NCBI GenBank assembly: GCA_963793305.1
Contig: CAWBZV010000004.1
Location: 96,001-160,000 of the forward strand
Direction of reading: 5' to 3'
Length of the DNA stretch: 64,000 nucleotides
Source: an uncultured Gemmatimonadales bacterium
GTDB lineage: Bacteria > Gemmatimonadota > Gemmatimonadetes > Gemmatimonadales > Gemmatimonadaceae
A program made the translations under genes and the position numbers. Positions 60,050 to 64,000 of this stretch are shown here, piece after piece (the first letter of the stretch is position 1; each line of letters begins with the position of its first letter). Under the pieces are notes generated by a model. The model was given only the letters and a program-made list of their open reading frames with translations, did not search any database and was not told where the DNA came from.

Positions 60050-62635
60050 ATGGCGTGGATCGATCGGCTGTGGAATGTGCTCAGGCCCGCTCGCTTGCGT
60101 CGCGAGCTCGATCGCGAGCTAGAGTTTCATCTGGCCGAGCGCGCCGATGCGCTGGAAGCGGAGGGCTTGAGCGCGGACGAGGCGAGTCGCGTCGCTCGCC
60201 AACGGCTCGGCAACTATCTCTTGCAACGCGAGCGAACGCGCGATGAGGATGTGAGTCAGCGGGTAGACAATGCGCTCCGGAACCTGCGGCTCGCCGTGCG
60301 GGCGCTGGCGAGGGCACCGGGATTTACCGCGACGGTGGTCGCGACGCTGGCCCTCGGCATCGGCGCCAACAGCACGGTCTTCTCGGCAATCGATGCCGTG
60401 CTCCTGCGGCCCTTGCCGTTCCCGAACGCCGATCGATTGGTGACGCTGACGCAGATTGATCGCAAAGCATCGCAGTCGTTCGTCGCGCCGGTGCGGCTGG
60501 CCGACTGGGATCGGATGAACTCGACGTTTCAGGCCATCTCGGGGTACTACACGCAGGACGAGTCCGAAGTCTCGGGCACGTTTCCGGAGATGGTCACGCG
60601 GGCGTTCGTCGCGCCGCGTTTCCTGGAAGTCTGGGGCGTGGCGCCCGTCATCGGTCGGGATTTCTCACCGGCCGAGGAACAGAACAACGGACCGCCCGCG
60701 GTCATCATCAGCGACGGCCTCTGGCGCCGGCGTTTTCACGCCGATCCGCGCGCCATCGGCGCGATCCTCCACTTCGCGCACTCCTCCGCGCCCATCGTCG
60801 GCGTCATGCCGGCGTCGTTCCGGTTTCCCGTGCGTGGCGTGGACCTCTGGTCACCGAGCCTGTTCGCCAGGAGTCGGGACATCACGTGGTACACGGCCGT
60901 CGGGCGGCTCAAGCCGGGCGTCACGGTCGACCAAGCGCGCGCGAATCTCGCATCCGTGCAGGCCGAGCTGGGCCGCGAATTTCCCAAGCCCGATGCCGAG
61001 ATCACGTGCGCCATCGAGCCGCTCAAAGAAGCGACCATCGCTGGCGTCAGAGGCAGCCTCTGGATGGTGTTCGGCGCCGTATCGCTGTTGTTGCTCATCG
61101 CGTGCACGAACGTGGCGGCGTTGCTGCTCTCGCGAACGGCGGCCCGGCGGCAGGAAATCGCGCTGCGAGTCTCGATGGGCGCATCGCGCGGGTCGGTGGC
61201 GTGGCTGCTGCTCGCTGAGGTCTCGCTCCTCGCGTTGGTCGGAGCGGCGCTGGGACTGGGATTGGCGGGGGCCAGCTTGGCGCTCCTGCGGACCGTGACC
61301 CGGAACCTGCCGCAAGTCGCGGACATCACGCTCGACTGGCGGATCGTCCTCTACTCCCTGGCGTGTGCTCTCGTCGCGATCGTCGTCTGCGGAATCGCGC
61401 CGGTGTCGCAAGCGAATCAAGAGCTCGCCCAGTCAGCCCGGGCCACGCGCGCATCCGGCGGTCGTCGCGCACACGCCGGTCTCGTCGGCGTGCAGGTCGC
61501 GCTGGCGGTGACGCTCCTCGCGGGCGCGGCGCTGCTCGTCAGGAGCTTCCAGGCACTATCGCGGGTGGCACCGGGCTTCGATCCCGACAGCGTCCTGGTG
61601 TTTCAGATGACCGCTTCGTGGGATGAGACGGCGGATCCCGCCAAAGCCCAGCAACGCGCGGACCGGATTCTCGAGCGGTTGCAGTCCCTGCCGGGCATCG
61701 AAGCGGCAGCAGGCGTCACCGGCCTCCCGGGGATCCCGAGCGACTATCAACTGGAGCTGGAGTCGCGGGAGCCGCGCGCCGCGTCCGAGCCCAAGATCAT
61801 TGCCCAGGCTCGTATCGTGTCACCTGAGTATTTCGCCACGTTGCGCATCCCGCTCCTTGCCGGAGATCTCTGCCGCGAGCAGGGCGCGGGCATGACGAAC
61901 ATGACCATGATGGTCAATCGCGCGTTCGCCAACGCGTACTTCCGCGGAACGTCTCCGATCGGGCACCATCTCTCGCAACCCGGGAACATCTACGTTCCGT
62001 CGAGCGAAGTGCGCGGCGTCGTGGGCGACGCGCGCGAGATGGGGTTGGATCGCCAACCGGTTCCGACGGTCTACTGGTGTGCCGCGTTCTTTCAACCCGG
62101 GACGCATTTCCTCGTGCGCGTGCGCGGCGACCCCGGACCGGTCGCCCCGGCGATCCGTACGGCGATCCACGAGATCGAGCCGACTAGGTCGGTCTACGAC
62201 GTGGCGCCGCTGGCCGACCAGATCGCCGACGCCTACGCGACGAACCGCCTGCGGATGATCCTGCTCTCCTGCTTTGCCTCGCTGGCGATGCTGCTCGCCT
62301 GTGTCGGGCTGTACGGAACGATCAGCTACAGCGTCAACGTCCGGCGCGGCGAGATCGGCTTACGGATGGCCCTGGGCGCGGTGCGCGAGCGGATCATTCG
62401 GCAATTCCTGTCGCAAGGGCTCGTGGTCTCGGGCCTCGGATGCGCGGTCGGCATCGCGTTGGCGCTGGCGCTCACGCGATTCCTCTCCGGCATGCTCTAC
62501 GGCGTCTCGGCGACCGATCCGGCGACGCTGGCCGGCGTGGTGGTCATCGTGCTCTTGGTCTCCCTGATGGCGTCGCTCGTTCCGGCTATTCGCGCTTCGC
62601 GCGTGGAGCCGATGCAGGTGTTGCGGGCAGACTGA
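60050..62635 (+). CDS. ADOP-type duplicated MacB/FtsX permease
   Basis: ELDRELEFHL, LALGIGANSTVFS, LLLIACTNVA, EIGLRMALGA and PMQVLRAD; no ATPase nearby. Confidence 0.92.
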   Translation: MAWIDRLWNVLRPARLRRELDRELEFHLAERADALEAEGLSADEASRVARQRLGNYLLQRERTRDEDVSQRVDNALRNLRLAVRALARAPGFTATVVATLALGIGANSTVFSAIDAVLLRPLPFPNADRLVTLTQIDRKASQSFVAPVRLADWDRMNSTFQAISGYYTQDESEVSGTFPEMVTRAFVAPRFLEVWGVAPVIGRDFSPAEEQNNGPPAVIISDGLWRRRFHADPRAIGAILHFAHSSAPIVGVMPASFRFPVRGVDLWSPSLFARSRDITWYTAVGRLKPGVTVDQARANLASVQAELGREFPKPDAEITCAIEPLKEATIAGVRGSLWMVFGAVSLLLLIACTNVAALLLSRTAARRQEIALRVSMGASRGSVAWLLLAEVSLLALVGAALGLGLAGASLALLRTVTRNLPQVADITLDWRIVLYSLACALVAIVVCGIAPVSQANQELAQSARATRASGGRRAHAGLVGVQVALAVTLLAGAALLVRSFQALSRVAPGFDPDSVLVFQMTASWDETADPAKAQQRADRILERLQSLPGIEAAAGVTGLPGIPSDYQLELESREPRAASEPKIIAQARIVSPEYFATLRIPLLAGDLCREQGAGMTNMTMMVNRAFANAYFRGTSPIGHHLSQPGNIYVPSSEVRGVVGDAREMGLDRQPVPTVYWCAAFFQPGTHFLVRVRGDPGPVAPAIRTAIHEIEPTRSVYDVAPLADQIADAYATNRLRMILLSCFASLAMLLACVGLYGTISYSVNVRRGEIGLRMALGAVRERIIRQFLSQGLVVSGLGCAVGIALALALTRFLSGMLYGVSATDPATLAGVVVIVLLVSLMASLVPAIRASRVEPMQVLRAD

Positions 62636-63044
62636 GCCGCTCCATGACCTCGGCCGCACGGCCGAGCAGATCTTGATCGTCGGCGCTCAAGTCCGCCACG
62701 CGCGCGGTGAGCGCAGCCACACGCCGCGCGCGCGCGTTCATGAGCAGCTTGGTCCCCTTGGCCGTCGCGCGAATGCGAATGGCGCGCCCGTCCGACGGAT
62801 CGTCGCGCCGCACCACCAGGCCATCGCCTTCGAGCCCATCGACCAGTCGCGTCATCGTGGGCGGCGTCACGCCTTCGGCCGCGGCCAGATCGCGGAGGGT
62901 GATCGGCCCGGCGAAGACGACGACGGAGAGGGCCGAGAGCCGGGGCGCGGTCAGGCCACTGGTCTCATCCTCGCGGCGAACCAGCCGCAGCACATGGATC
63001 GCCGCGGAGTGCAGCCGGTCGGCAACCCGTTCCTCTTGCGTCAT
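62586..63044 (-). CDS. MarR family transcriptional regulator
   Basis: LAAAEGVTPPTMTRLVDGLE...DPSDGRA. Confidence 0.9.
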   Translation of the reverse strand: MTQEERVADRLHSAAIHVLRLVRREDETSGLTAPRLSALSVVVFAGPITLRDLAAAEGVTPPTMTRLVDGLEGDGLVVRRDDPSDGRAIRIRATAKGTKLLMNARARRVAALTARVADLSADDQDLLGRAAEVMERLSLPATPASAPRAKRE

Positions 63045-63053
63045 TGCATAATA

Positions 63054-63070
63054 TTAGTTAGCCTAACTAA
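63054..63070. promoter_or_regulatory. Putative MarR operator
   Basis: Perfect palindrome TTAGTTAG-C-CTAACTAA in the 28-bp divergent gap. Confidence 0.7.
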
Positions 63071-63072
63071 CT

Positions 63073-63440
63073 ATGATCAACCATTGACGCAAGTGGCGGT
63101 CGTCGTTCAGGACCTCGACCGCGCCGTGCGGTTCTACCGGGACACGCTGGGACTGAAATTTCTCTTCCAGGCGCCGCCGGGCTTGGCGTTCTTCGACCTG
63201 AGCGGCGTGCGACTCATGCTCGACCAGCCGTCCGAGCCGCTGCCGACCGGCGTCGGTACGTCGATCCTCGACTACGGCGTCGACGACATCCAGGCCCAGC
63301 ACACCACCCTCGTCGGGCGCGGCTGAAGTTCGAGGAACCGCCACACCGCATCGCCTCGCTCGGCGACCGCGATATCTGGATGGGCGCGTTCCGCGACAGC
63401 GAAGGGATATGCTCGCTCTCACGAGCGAGGTGCGTCACCC
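63073..63440 (+). CDS. VOC/glyoxalase family protein (several frameshifts, end approximate)
   Basis: VQDLDRAVRFYRDTLGL, VDDI and, in shifted frames, IWMGAFRDSEG..LAL. Confidence 0.75.
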
Positions 63441-64000
63441 TTCCCCATCTGTCCCACAGCGTAGCGACCGCCCGCATCCCGAGCTCGAAGTTCTCGACGC
63501 TCATCGACTCGTCGGGCGCGTGCGCGTTGTCGCCCGGGAGCCGAAGCCCATGAGCAGGACGGGCGCGCCGAGTGTGCGCACGAAGTCGTCGACGACCGGG
63601 ATCGAGCCGCCCTCGCCTTGCACGACGGGCTCGCGGTGAAACGCCGCCGCCAGCGCCCGTCTTCGCGGCGTCGAACACCGGCCCGTCGACTTCGCTCTCC
63701 AGGGGCGGCCGCCATGCAGTTGTTGGATCGTGACGCGTACTCGGCCGGCGCGACGCGCTGTACGTGTTCCCGCATCGAACGTCCGACCGTCTCGGGATCC
63801 TGATCGGGAACAAGGCGGCAACTGACTTTGGCCATCGCCTTCGCTGGGAGCACAGTCGGCGCCCTCCCCGGTGTAGCCACTCAGTAGCCCGTTGATCTCG
63901 CATGTAGGCCGCGTCCAGATCCGTTCTAATGTCGAATATCCAGACTCGCCACCGAGCGCAGGAGCGCCGATGTCACGCGAAACGACGCCTCGTCAATGGC
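63435..64000 (-). CDS. M20 family dipeptidase, C-terminal part (partial, frameshifted)
   Basis: RPTCEING, TVLPAKAMAKVSCRLVPDQD, GEGGSIP and NAHAPDE across three frames. Confidence 0.8.

Noticed and set aside
63073..64000. True pseudogenes or programmed frameshifting in the VOC and M20 genes
   Set aside because: Indel density rises sharply at the window end, with no slippery-site pattern; low sequence quality is the simpler explanation.

Overview
This is a GC-rich bacterial chromosomal window. The gene content (zinc-ribbon Ser/Thr kinase, PadR-ADOP permease pair, DUF1800/DUF1501, thyX, several lineage-type hypotheticals) suggests Gemmatimonadota, but that is an inference. Most of it is housekeeping: ispH, gyrA, sucB-lpdA, thyX, thiolase/3-hydroxybutyryl-CoA dehydrogenase, rnhA, otsAB-GH15, rho and tamAB. 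At least 7 genes carry single-base frameshifts, and the last ~1 kb has several more; these are most likely long-read errors. Highlights: (1) an AT-richer, translationally coupled three-gene cassette at 41128-42726 (TIGR04255-like protein, conserved hypothetical, R-S-H ADP-ribosyltransferase-like protein) behind a BrnA antitoxin relic, a candidate undescribed toxin/defence system; (2) five copies of an unannotated, strand-oriented multi-hairpin element with a fixed AACCGAC(C/T)AG core, covarying stems and a conserved bulge; (3) an operon of two non-canonical Ddl-like ATP-grasp ligases, a GNAT and a lysine 2,3-aminomutase; (4) three tandem paralogous lipoproteins sharing a LALHFDxL motif; (5) a hicB gene fused to what looks like the tail of a deleted hicA. 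No rRNA, tRNA, CRISPR array, integrase or transposase was seen.
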